Source: the human T2T-CHM13v2.0 reference genome, Homo sapiens. From it: a DNA stretch of 64,000 bases. Shown here piece by piece: positions 14,881-30,540 of the stretch. Positions within the stretch are counted from its first letter, which is position 1. The number at the start of each line of letters is the position of its first letter. The translations under genes and the position numbers were made by a program. The stretch covers positions 1,632,001 to 1,696,000 of the forward strand of contig CP068257.2 in NCBI GenBank assembly GCA_009914755.4. The letters are read 5' to 3'. The notes under the pieces are model-generated. The model saw nothing but the letters and a program-made list of their open reading frames with translations. It was not told where the DNA came from and did no database searches.

Positions 14881-17800
14881 ATCAAATATATATTTTATTC
14901 TGTACATAAAATAACAAAGTACACCAGATATATATTTTATAGTGTACATAAAATATGAAATTACCCAAACTATACATTACATACTGTACATAAAATATGG
15001 AATTACATCAGATATATATTATATTAGGTACGTAAAATATGAAAGTACATCAAATATAGATTATATACCATACATAAAATATAAAGGAACCCCAAATATA
15101 TATGATATACTGTTCATGAAATATCAAAGTTCACAAACTATATATTATATACTGTAGATAAAATATCAAAGTACCCAAGGTATATATTCTATACTGTAAA
15201 AAAAAATCAAAGTACCCAAAGCATGTATTATATACTGTACATAAAATATGGAATTACATCAAATATATATTATATTAGGTACGTAAAATATGATAGTACA
15301 ACAAATATAGATTATATACCATACATAAAATATAAAGGAACCCCAAATATATATGATATACTGTACATGAAATATCAAAGTTCACAAACTATATATTATA
15401 TACTGTAGATAAAATATCAAAGTACCCAAGGTATATATTCTATACTGTAAAAAAAATATCAAAGTACCCAAAGCATGTATTATATACTGTACATAAAATA
15501 TGAAAGCACATCAAATATGTATTATATTAGGTACATAAAATATGAAAGTACATAAAATATAGATGATATACTGTACATAAAATATCAAAGTAGCCCAAAT
15601 ATATATTATACAGTGTACATGAAATATCAAAATTTACGAAATATATATTATATAATGTACATAAAATATCAAAGTACCCAAAGCAAGTATTATATACGGT
15701 ACATAAAAGATGAAATTACATCAAATATATATTTTATTCTGTACATAAAATATCAAAGTACACCAGATATATATTTTATAGTGTACATAAAATATCAAGG
15801 TGCCCAAACTATAGATTATATACTGTACATAAAATATGAAATTACATCAAATATATATTATATTAGGTACGTAAAATATGAAAGTACGTCAAATATAGAT
15901 TATATACTGTACATAATATATAAAAGAACCCCAACTATATATTATATACTGTACATGAAATATCAAAATACACAAACTATATATTATATACTGTACATAA
16001 AATATCAAAGCACCCAAGGTATATATTCTATACTGTACAGAAAATATCAAAGTACCCAAAGCATGTATTATATACTGTACATAAAATATGAAAGTACATC
16101 AAATATATATTTTATTCTGTACATAAAATAACAAAGTACACCAGATATATATTTTATAGTGTACATAAAATATCAAAGTACCCAAACTATACATTACATA
16201 CTGTACATAAAATATGGAATTACATCAAATATATATTATATTAGGTACGTAAAATATGAAAGTACATCAAATATAGATTATATACCGTACATAAAATATA
16301 AAGGAACCCCAAATATATAGGATATACTGTACATGAAATATCAAAGTTCACAAACTATATATTATATACTGTAGATAAAATATCAAAGTACCCAAGGTAT
16401 ATATTCTATACTGTATAAAAAATATCAAAGTACCCAAAGCATGTATTATATACTGTACATAAAAGATGAAAGTACATCAAATATATATTTTATTCTGTAC
16501 ATAAAATAACAAAGTACACCAGATATATATTTTATAGTGTACATAAAATATGAAATTACCCAAACTATACATTACATACTGTACATAAAATATGGAATTA
16601 CATCAAATATATATTATATTAGGTATGTAAAATATGAAAGTACATCAAATATAGATTATATACCATACATAAAATATAAAGGAACCCCAAATATATATGA
16701 TATACTGTACATGAAATATCAAAGTACCCAAGGTATATATTCTATAATGTAAAAAAAATATCAAAGCACCCAAAGCATGTATTATATACTGTACATAAAA
16801 TATGAAAGTACATCAAATATATATTTTATTCTGTACATAAAATATCAAAGTACACCAGATATATATTTTATAGTGTACATAAAATATCAAGGTACCCAAA
16901 CTATACATTATATACTGTACATAAAATATGAAATTACATCAAATATATATTATATTAGGTACGTAAAATATGAAAGTACATCAAATATAGACTATATACT
17001 GTACATAATATATAAAAGAACCCCAAATATATATTATATACTGTACATGATGTATCAAAATACACAAACTATATATTATATACTGTACATAAAATATCAA
17101 AGTACCCAAGGTATATATTCTATACTGTACAAAAAATATCAAAGTACCCAAAGCATGTATTATATACTGTACATAAAATATGAAAGTACATCAAATATAT
17201 ATTATATTAGGTACGTAAAATATGAAAGTACATCAAATATAGATTATATACCATACATAAAATATAAAGGAACCCCAAATATATATGATATACTGTACAT
17301 GAAATATCAAAGTTCACAAACTATATATTATATACTGTAGATAAAATATCAAAGTACCCAAGGTATATATTCTATACTGTAAAAAAAAATCAAAGTACCC
17401 AAAGCATGTATTATATACTGTACATAAAATATGAAGGCACATCAAATATATATTATATTAGGTACATAAAATATGAAAGTACATAAAATATAGATGATAT
17501 ACTGTACATAAAATATCAAAGTAGCCCAAATATATATTATACAGTGTACATGAAATATCAAAATTTACAAAACATATATTATATAATGTACATAAAATAT
17601 CAAAGTACCCAAAGCAAGTATTATATACTGTACATAAAAGATGAAAGTACATCAAATATATATTTTATTCTGTACATAAAATATCAAAGTACACCAGATA
17701 TATATTTTATAGTGTACATAAAATATCAAGGTACCCAAACTATACATTATATACTGTACATAAAATATGAAATTACATCAAATATATATTATATTAGGTA

Positions 17801-20800
17801 CGTAAAATATGAAAGTACATCAAATATAGATTATATACTGTACATAATATATAAAAGAACCCCAAATATATATTATATACTGTACATGAAGTATCAAAAT
17901 ACACAAACTATATATTATATACTGTAGATAAAATATCAAAGTACCCAAGGTATATATTCTATACTGTACAAAAAATATCAAAGTACCCAAAGCATGTATT
18001 ATATACTGTATATAAAATATGAAAGTACATCAAATATATATTTTATTCTGTACATAAAATAACAAAGTATACCAGATATATATTTTATAGTGTACATAAA
18101 ATATCAAAGTACCCAAACTATACATTACATACTGTACATAAAATATGGAATTACATCAAATATATATTATATTAGGTACGTAAAATATGAAAGTACATCA
18201 AATATAGATTATATACCATACATAAAATCTAAAGGAACCCCAAATATATATGATATACTGTACATGAAATTTCAAAGTTCACAAACTATATATTATATAC
18301 TGTAGATAAAATATCAAAGTACCCAAGGTATATATTCTATACTGTAAAAAAAAACCAAAGTACCCAAAGCATGTATTATATACTGTACATAAAATATGAA
18401 AGTACATCAAATATATATTTTATTCTGTACATAAAATAACAAAGTACACCAGATATATATTTTATAGTGTACATAAAATATGAAATTACCCAAACTATAC
18501 ATTACATACTGTACATAAAATATGGAATTACATCTAATATATATTATATTAGGTACGTAAAATATGAAAGTACATCAAATATAGATTATATACCATACAT
18601 AAAATATAAAGGAACCCCAAATATATATGATATACTGTACATGAAATATCAAAGTTCACAAACTATATATTATATACTGTAGATAAAATTTCAAAGTACC
18701 CAAGGTATATATTCTATATTGTAAAAAAAATATCAAAGTACCCAAAGCATGTATTATATACTGTACATAAAATATGAACGCACATCAAATATATATTATA
18801 TTAGGTACATAAAATATGAAAGTACATAAAATATAGATGATATACTGTACATAAAATATCAAAGTAGCCCAAATATATATTATACAGTGTACATGAAATA
18901 TCAAAATTTACGAAATATATATTATATAATGTACATAAAATATGAAAGTACACAAAGCAAGTATTATATACTGTACATAAAAGATGAAATTACATCAAAT
19001 ATATATTTTATTCTGTACATAAAATATCAAAGTACACCAGATATATATTTTATAGTGTACATAAAATATCAAGGTACCCAAACTATACATTATATACTGT
19101 ACATAAAATATGAAATTACATCAAATATATATTATATTAGGTACATAAAATATGAAAGTACATCAAATATAGATTATATACTGTACATAATATATAAAAG
19201 AACCCCAACTATATATTATATACTGTACATGAAATATCAAAATACACAAACTATATATTATATACTGTACATAAAATATCAAAGCACCCAAGGTATATAT
19301 TCTATACTATACAAAAAATATCAAAGTACCCAAAGCATGTATTATATACTGTACATAAAATATGAAAGTACATCAAATATATATTTTATTCTGTATATAA
19401 AATAACAAAGTACACCAGATATATATTTTATAGTGTACATAAAATATCAAAGTACCCAAACTATACATTACATACTGTACATAAAATATGGAATTACATC
19501 AAATATATATTATATTAGGTACGTAAAATATGAAAGTACATCAAATATAGATTATATACCATACATAAAATATAAAGGAACCCCAAATATATAGGATATA
19601 CTGTACATGAAATATCAAAGTTCATAAACTATATATTATATACTGTAGATAAAATATCAAAGTACCCAAGGTATATATTCTATACTGTATAAAAAATATC
19701 AAAGTACCCAAAGCATGTATTATATACTGTACATAAAAGATGAAAGTACATCAAATATATATTTTATTCTGTACATAAAATAACAAAGTACACCAGATAT
19801 ATATTTTATAGTGTACATAAAATATGAAATTACCCAAACTATACATTACATACTGTACATAAAATATGGAATTACATCAAATATATATTATATTAGGTAC
19901 GTAAAATATGAAAGTACATCAAATATAGATTATATACCATACATAAAATATAAAGGAACCCCAAATATATATGATATACTGTACATGAAATATCAAAGTT
20001 CACAAACTATATATTATATACTGTAGATAAAATATCAAAGTACCCAAGGTATATATTCTATACTGTAAAAAAAATATCAAAGCACCCAAAGCATGTATTA
20101 TATACTGTACATAAAATATGAAAGCACATCAAATATATATTATATTAGGTACATAAAATATGAAAGTACATAAAATATAGATGATATACTGTACATAAAA
20201 TATCAAAGTAGCCCAAATATATATTATACAGTGTACATGAAATATCAAAATTTACAAAATATATATTATATAATGTACATAAAATATCAAAGTACCCAAA
20301 GCAAGTATTATATACTGTACATAAAAGATGAAAGTACATCAAATATATATTTTATTCTGTACATAAAATATCAAAGTACACCAGATATATATTTTATAGT
20401 GTACATAAAATATCAAGGTACCCAAACTATACATTATATACTGTACATAAAATATGAAATTACATCAAATATATATTATATTAGGTACGTAAAATATGAA
20501 AGTACATCAAATATAGATTATATACTGTACATAATATATAAAAGAACCCCAACTATATATTATATACTGTACATGAAATATCAAAATACACAAACTATAT
20601 ATTATATACTGTACATAAAATATCAAAGTACCCAAGGTATATATTCTATACTGTACAAAAAATATCAAAGTACCCAAAGCATGTATTATATACTGTACAT
20701 AAAATATGAAAGTACATCAAATATATATTTTATTCTGTACATAAAATAACAAAGTACACCAGATATATATTTTATAGTGTACATAAAATATCAAAGTACC

Positions 20801-23800
20801 CAAACTATACATTACATACTGTACATAAAATATGGAATTACATCAAATATATATTATATTAGGTACGTAAAATATGAAAGTACATCAAATATAGATTATA
20901 TACCATACATAAAATCTAAAGGAACCCCAAATATATATGATATACTGTACATGAAATTTCAAAGTTCACAAACTATATATTATATACTGTAGATAAAATA
21001 TCAAAGTACCCAAGGTATATATTCTATACTGTAAAAAAAATATCAAAGTACCCAAAGCATGTATTATATACTGTACATAAAATATGAAAGTACATCAAAT
21101 ATATATTTTATTCTGTACATAAAATAACAAAGTACACCAGATATATATTTTATAGTGTACATAAAATATGAAATTACCCAAACTATACATTACATACTGT
21201 ACATAAAATATGGAATTACATCTAATATATATTATATTAGGTACGTAAAATATGAAAGTACATCAAATATAGATTATATACCATACATAAAATATAAAGG
21301 AACCCCAAATATATATGATATACTGTACATGAAATATCAAAGTTCACAAACTATATATTATATACTGTAGATAAAATATCAAAGTACCCAAGGTATATAT
21401 TCTATACTGTAAAAAAAATAACAAAGTACCCAAAGCATGTATTATATACTGTACATAAAATATGCAAGTACATCAAATATATATTTTATTCTGTACATAA
21501 AATAACAAAGTACACCAGATATATATTTTATAGTGTACATAAAATATGAAATTACCCAAACTATACATTACATACTGTACATAAAATATGGAATTACATC
21601 AAATATATATTATATTAGGTACGTAAAATATGAAAGTACATCAAATATAGATTATATACCATACATAAAATCTAAAGGAACCCCAAATATATATGATATA
21701 CTGTACATGAAATTTCAAAGTTCACAAACTATATATTATATACTGTAGATAAAATATCAAAGTACCCAAGGTATATATTCTATACTGTAAAAAAAATATC
21801 AAAGTACCCAAAGCATGTATTATATACTGTACATAAAATATGAAAGTACATCAAATATATATTTTATTCTGTACATAAAATAACAAAGTACACCAGATAT
21901 ATATTTTATAGTGTACATAAAATATGAAATTACCCAAACTATACATTACATACTGTACATAAAATATGGAATTACATCTAATATATATTATATTAGGTAC
22001 GTAAAATATGAAAGTACATCAAATATAGATTATATACCATACATAAAATATAAAGGAATCCCAAATATATATGATATACTGTACATGAAATATCAAAGTT
22101 CACAAACTATATATTATATACTGTAGATAAAATATCAAAGTACCCAAGGTATATATTCTATACTGTAAAAAAAATATCAAAGTACCCAAAGCATGTATTA
22201 TATACTGTACATAAAATATGAAAGCACATCAAATATATATTATATTAGGTACATAAAATATGAAAGTACATAAAATATAGATGATATACTGTACATAAAA
22301 TATCAAAGTAGCCCAAATATATATTATACAGTGTACATGAAATATCAAAATTTACAAAATATATATTATATAATGTACATAAAATATCAAAGTACCCAAA
22401 GCAAGTATTATATACTGTACATAAAAGATGAAAGTACATCAAATATATATTTTATTCTGTACATAAAATATCAAAGTACACCAGAAATATATTTTATAGT
22501 GTACATAAAATATCAAGGTACCCAAACTATACATTATATACTGTACATAAAATATGAAATTACATCAAATATATATTATATTAGGTACGTAAAATATGAA
22601 AGTACATCAAATATAGATTATATACTGTACATAATATATAAAAGAACCCCAACTATATATTATATACTGTACATGAAATATCAAAATACACAAACTATAT
22701 ATTATATACTGTACATAAAATATCAAAGTACCCAAGGTATATATCCTATACTGTACAAAAAATATCAAAGTACCCAAAGCATGTATTATATACTGTACAT
22801 AAAATATGAAAGTACATCAAATATATATTTTATTCTGTACATAAAATAACAAAGTACACCAGATATATATTTTATAGTGTACATAAAATATCAAATTACC
22901 CAAACTATACATTACATACTGTACATAAAATATGGAATTACATCAAATATATATTATATTAGGTACGTAAAATATGATAGTACAACAAATATAGATTATA
23001 TACCATACATAAAATATAAAGGAACCCCAAATATATATGATATACTGTACATGAAATATCAAAGTTCACAAACTATATATTATATACTGTAGATAAAATA
23101 TCAAAGTACCCAAGGTATATATTCTATACTGTAAAAAAAATATCAAAGTACCCAAAGCATGTATTATATACTGTACATAAAATATGAAAGCACATCAAAT
23201 ATATATTATATTAGGTACATAAAATATGAAAGTACATAAAATATAGATGATATACTGTACATAAAATATCAAAGTAGCCCAAATATATATTGTACAGTGT
23301 ACATGAAATATCAAAATTTACGAAATATATATTATATAATGTACATAAAATATCAAAATACCCAAAGCAAGTATTATATACTGTACATAAAAGATGATAT
23401 TACATCAAATATATATTTTATTCTGTACATAAAATATCAAAGTACACCAGATATATATTTTATAGTGTACATAAAATATCAAGGTACCCAAACTATACAT
23501 TATATACTGTACATAAAATATGAAATTACATCAAATATATATTATATTAGGTACGTAAAATATGAAAGTACATCAAATATAGATTATATACTGTACATAA
23601 TATATAAAAGAACCCCAACTATATATTATATACTGTACATGAAATATCAAAATACACAAACTATATATTATATACTGTACATAAAATATCAAAGTACCCA
23701 AGGTATATATTCTATACTGTACAAAAAATATCAAAGTACCCAAAGCATGTATTATATACTGTACATGAAATATGAAAGTACATCAAATATATATTTTATT

Positions 23801-26800
23801 CTGTACATAAAATAACAAAGTACACCAGATATATATTTTATAGTGTACATAATATATCAAAGTACCCAAACTATACATTACATACTGTACATAAAATATG
23901 GAATTACATCAAATATATATTATATTAGGTACGTAAAATATGAAAGTACATCAAATATAGATTATATACCATACATAAAATATAAAGGAACCCCAAATAT
24001 ATATGATATACTGTACATGAAATATCAAAGTTCACAAACTATATATTATATACTGTACATAAAATATCAAAGTACCCAAGGTATATATTCTATACTGTAC
24101 AAAAAATATCAAAGTACCCAAAGCATGTATTATATACTGTACCTAAAATATGAAAGTACATCAAATATATATTTTATTCTGTACATAAAATAACAAAGTA
24201 CACCAGATATATATTTTATAGTGTACATAAAATATGAAATTACCCAAACTATACATTACATACTGTACATAAAATATGGAATTACATCAAATATATATTA
24301 TATTAGGTACGTAAAATATGAAAGTACATCAAATATAGATTATATACCATACATAAAATATAAAGGAACCCCAAATATATATGATATACTGTACATGAAA
24401 TATCAAAGTTCACAAACTATATATTATATACTGTAGATAAAATTTCAAAGTACCCAAGGTATATATTCTATATTGTAAAAAAAATATCAAAGTACCCAAA
24501 GCATGTATTATATACTGTACATAAAATATGAACGCACATCAAATATATATTATATTAGGTACATAAAATATGAAAGTACATAAAATATAGATGATATACT
24601 GTACATAAAATATCAAAGTAGCCCAAATATATATTATACAGTGTACATGAAATATCAAAATTTACGAAATATATATTATATAATGTACATAAAATATGAA
24701 AGTACACAAAGCAAGTATTATATACTGTACATAAAAGATGAAATTACATCAAATATATATTTTATTCTGTACATAAAATATCAAAGTACACCAGATATAT
24801 ATTTTATAGTGTACATAAAATATCAAGGTACCCAAACTATACATTATATACTGTACATAAAATATGAAATTACATCAAATATATATTATATTAGGTACAT
24901 AAAATATGAAAGTACATCAAATATAGATTATATACTGTACATAATATATAAAAGAACCCCAACTATATATTATATACTGTACATGAAATATCAAAATACA
25001 CAAACTATATATTATATACTGTACATAAAATATCAAAGCACCCAAGGTATATATTCTATACTATACAAAAAATATCAAAGTACCCAAAGCATGTATTATA
25101 TACTGTACATAAAATATGAAAGTACATCAAATATATATTTTATTCTGTATATAAAATAACAAAGTACACCAGATATATATTTTATAGTGTACATAAAATA
25201 TCAAAGTACCCAAACTATACATTACATACTGTACATAAAATATGGAATTACATCAAATATATATTATATTAGGTACGTAAAATATGAAAGTACATCAAAT
25301 ATAGATTATATACCATACATAAAATATAAAGGAACCCCAAATATATAGGATATACTGTACATGAAATATCAAAGTTCATAAACTATATATTATATACTGT
25401 AGATAAAATATCAAAGTACCCAAGGTATATATTCTATACTGTATAAAAAATATCAAAGTACCCAAAGCATGTATTATATACTGTACATAAAAGATGAAAG
25501 TACATCAAATATATATTTTATTCTGTACATAAAATAACAAAGTACACCAGATATATATTTTATAGTGTACATAAAATATGAAATTACCCAAACTATACAT
25601 TACATACTGTACATAAAATATGGAATTACATCAAATATATATTATATTAGGTACGTAAAATATGAAAGTACATCAAATATAGATTATATACCATACATAA
25701 AATATAAAGGAACCCCAAATATATATGATATACTGTACATGAAATATCAAAGTTCACAAACTATATATTATATACTGTAGATAAAATATCAAAGTACCCA
25801 AGGTATATATTCTATACTGTAAAAAAAATATCAAAGCACCCAAAGCATGTATTATATACTGTACATAAAATATGAAAGCACATCAAATATATATTATATT
25901 AGGTACATAAAATATGAAAGTACATAAAATATAGATGATATACTGTACATAAAATATCAAAGTAGCCCAAATATATATTATACAGTGTACATGAAATATC
26001 AAAATTTACAAAATATATATTATATAATGTACATAAAATATCAAAGTACCCAAAGCAAGTATTATATACTGTACATAAAAGATGAAAGTACATCAAATAT
26101 ATATTTTATTCTGTACATAAAATATCAAAGTACACCAGATATATATTTTATAGTGTACATAAAATATCAAGGTACCCAAACTATACATTATATACTGTAC
26201 ATAAAATATGAAATTACATCAAATATATATTATATTAGGTACGTAAAATATGAAAGTACATCAAATATAGATTATATACTGTACATAATATATAAAAGAA
26301 CCCCAACTATATATTATATACTGTACATGAAATATCAAAATACACAAACTATATATTATATACTGTACATAAAATATCAAAGTACCCAAGGTATATATTC
26401 TATACTGTACAAAAAATATCAAAGTACCCAAAGCATGTATTATATACTGTACATAAAATATGAAAGTACATCAAATATATATTTTATTCTGTACATAAAA
26501 TAACAAAGTACACCAGATATATATTTTATAGTGTACATAAAATATCAAAGTACCCAAACTATACATTACATACTGTACATAAAATATGGAATTACATCAA
26601 ATATATATTATATTAGGTACGTAAAATATGAAAGTACATCAAATATAGATTATATACCATACATAAAATCTAAAGGAACCCCAAATATATATGATATACT
26701 GTACATGAAATTTCAAAGTTCACAAACTATATATTATATACTGTAGATAAAATATCAAAGTACCCAAGGTATATATTCTATACTGTAAAAAAAATATCAA

Positions 26801-29800
26801 AGTACCCAAAGCATGTATTATATACTGTACATAAAATATGAAAGTACATCAAATATATATTTTATTCTGTACATAAAATAACAAAGTACACCAGATATAT
26901 ATTTTATAGTGTACATAAAATATGAAATTACCCAAACTATACATTACATACTGTACATAAAATATGGAATTACATCTAATATATATTATATTAGGTACGT
27001 AAAATATGAAAGTACATCAAATATAGATTATATACCATACATAAAATATAAAGGAACCCCAAATATATATGATATACTGTACATGAAATATCAAAGTTCA
27101 CAAACTATATATTATATACTGTAGATAAAATATCAAAGTACCCAAGGTATATATTCTATACTGTAAAAAAAATAACAAAGTACCCAAAGCATGTATTATA
27201 TACTGTACATAAAATATGCAAGTACATCAAATATATATTTTATTCTGTACATAAAATAACAAAGTACACCAGATATATATTTTATAGTGTACATAAAATA
27301 TGAAATTACCCAAACTATACATTACATACTGTACATAAAATATGGAATTACATCAAATATATATTATATTAGGTACGTAAAATATGAAAGTACATCAAAT
27401 ATAGATTATATACCATACATAAAATCTAAAGGAACCCCAAATATATATGATATACTGTACATGAAATTTCAAAGTTCACAAACTATATATTATATACTGT
27501 AGATAAAATATCAAAGTACCCAAGGTATATATTCTATACTGTAAAAAAAATATCAAAGTACCCAAAGCATGTATTATATACTGTACATAAAATATGAAAG
27601 TACATCAAATATATATTTTATTCTGTACATAAAATAACAAAGTACACCAGATATATATTTTATAGTGTACATAAAATATGAAATTACCCAAACTATACAT
27701 TACATACTGTACATAAAATATGGAATTACATCTAATATATATTATATTAGGTACGTAAAATATGAAAGTACATCAAATATAGATTATATACCATACATAA
27801 AATATAAAGGAATCCCAAATATATATGATATACTGTACATGAAATATCAAAGTTCACAAACTATATATTATATACTGTAGATAAAATATCAAAGTACCCA
27901 AGGTATATATTCTATACTGTAAAAAAAATATCAAAGTACCCAAAGCATGTATTATATACTGTACATAAAATATGAAAGCACATCAAATATATATTATATT
28001 AGGTACATAAAATATGAAAGTACATAAAATATAGATGATATACTGTACATAAAATATCAAAGTAGCCCAAATATATATTATACAGTGTACATGAAATATC
28101 AAAATTTACAAAATATATATTATATAATGTACATAAAATATCAAAGTACCCAAAGCAAGTATTATATACTGTACATAAAAGATGAAAGTACATCAAATAT
28201 ATATTTTATTCTGTACATAAAATATCAAAGTACACCAGAAATATATTTTATAGTGTACATAAAATATCAAGGTACCCAAACTATACATTATATACTGTAC
28301 ATAAAATATGAAATTACATCAAATATATATTATATTAGGTACGTAAAATATGAAAGTACATCAAATATAGATTATATACTGTACATAATATATAAAAGAA
28401 CCCCAACTATATATTATATACTGTACATGAAATATCAAAATACACAAACTATATATTATATACTGTACATAAAATATCAAAGTACCCAAGGTATATATCC
28501 TATACTGTACAAAAAATATCAAAGTACCCAAAGCATGTATTATATACTGTACATAAAATATGAAAGTACATCAAATATATATTTTATTCTGTACATAAAA
28601 TAACAAAGTACACCAGATATATATTTTATAGTGTACATAAAATATCAAATTACCCAAACTATACATTACATACTGTACATAAAATATGGAATTACATCAA
28701 ATATATATTATATTAGGTACGTAAAATATGATAGTACAACAAATATAGATTATATACCATACATAAAATATAAAGGAACCCCAAATATATATGATATACT
28801 GTACATGAAATATCAAAGTTCACAAACTATATATTATATACTGTAGATAAAATATCAAAGTACCCAAGGTATATATTCTATACTGTAAAAAAAAATCAAA
28901 GTACCCAAAGCATGTATTATATACTGTACATAAAATATGAAAGCACATCAAATATATATTATATTAGGTACATAAAATATGAAAGTACATAAAATATAGA
29001 TGATATACTGTACATAAAATATCAAAGTAGCCCAAATATATATTGTACAGTGTACATGAAATATCAAAATTTACGAAATATATATTATATAATGTACATA
29101 AAATATCAAAATACCCAAAGCAAGTATTATATACTGTACATAAAAGATGATATTACATCAAATATATATTTTATTCTGTACATAAAATATCAAAGTACAC
29201 CAGATATATATTTTATAGTGTACATAAAATATCAAGGTACCCAAACTATACATTATATACTGTACATAAAATATGAAATTACATCAAATATATATTATAT
29301 TAGGTACGTAAAATATGAAAGTACATCAAATATAGATTATATACTGTACATAATATATAAAAGAACCCCAACTATATATTATATACTGTACATGAAATAT
29401 CAAAATACACAAACTATATATTATATACTGTACATAAAATATCAAAGTACCCAAGGTATATATTCTATACTGTACAAAAAATACCAAAGTACCCAAAGCA
29501 TGTATTATATACTGTACATGAAATATGAAAGTACATCAAATATATATTTTATTCTGTACATAAAATAACAAAGTACACCAGATATATATTTTATAGTGTA
29601 CATAATATATCAAAGTACCCAAACTATACATTACATACTGTACATAAAATATGGAATTACATCAAATATATATTATATTAGGTACGTAAAATATGAAAGT
29701 ACATCAAATATAGATTATATACCATACATAAAATATAAAGGAACCCCAAATATATATGATATACTGTACATGAAATATCAAAGTTCACAAACTATATATT

Positions 29801-30540
29801 ATATACTGTAGATAAAATATCAAAGTACCCAAGGTATATATTCTATACTGTACAAAAAATATCAAAGTACCCAAAGCATGTATTATATACTGTACCTAAA
29901 ATATGAAAGTACATCAAATATATATTTTATTCTGTACATAAAATAACAAAGTACACCAGATATATATTTTATAGTGTACATAAAATATGAAATTACCCAA
30001 ACTATACATTACATACTGTACATAAAATATGGAATTACATCAAATATATATTATATTAGGTACGTAAAATATGAAAGTACATCAAATATAGATTATATAC
30101 CATACATAAAATATAAAGGAACCCCAAATATATATGATATACTGTACATGAAATATCAAAGTTCACAAACTATATATTATATACTGTAGATAAAATATCA
30201 AAGTACCCAAGGTATATATTCTATAGTGTAAAAAAAATATCAAAGTACCCAAAGCATGTATTATATACTGTACATAAAATATGAAAGCACATCAAATATA
30301 TATTATATTAGGTACATAAAATATGAAAGTACATAAAATATAGATGATATACTGTACATAAAATATCAAAGTAGCCCAAATATATATTATACAGTGTACA
30401 TGAAATATCAAAATTTACAAAATATATATTATATAATGTACATAAAATATCAAAGTACCCAAAGCAAGTATTATTTACTGTACATAAAAATGAAAGTACA
30501 TCAAATATATATTTTATTCTGTACATAAAATATCAAAGTA
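14880..30540. repeat. Diverged HOR subfamily domain: 378-bp HOR with diagnostic substitutions, interspersed with rearranged X-blocks
   Basis: Monomer variants GITSNIYYIRYVKY, IDYIPYIKYKGTPNIYD (ccatacataaaatataaaggaacccc, TGTACA lost), ggtacgtaaaat (CpG-creating) and ctgtaaaaaaaatatc. Pseudo-ORFs starting MYIKYEITQTIHY recur at exact 378-bp steps (20777, 21155, 21533, 21911; 26531, 26909, 27287, 27665). Pseudo-ORFs starting MYMKYQNL(R/Q)NIYY mark irregular blocks spaced 966, 1344 or 2100 bp apart (966 + n x 378). Confidence 0.8.
18400..30480. repeat. Two tandem copies of an approximately 5754-bp super-repeat (X-block plus variable numbers of 378-bp HORs), >99.9% identical, with a nested internal 2100/2687-bp sub-duplication
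   Basis: Pseudo-ORF pairs at +5754 (or +5753): 18467/24221, 18887/24641, 19811/25565, 20231/25985, 20777/26531, 21155/26909, 21533/27287, 21911/27665, 22331/28085, 22877/28631, 23297/29050, all with identical translations. The only differences seen are a 1-bp A-run indel near 28880 and TAC vs TAG at 24050/29803. Minus-strand pseudo-ORFs at 20145/25899 and 22245/27999 are at the same offset. Confidence 0.85.
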
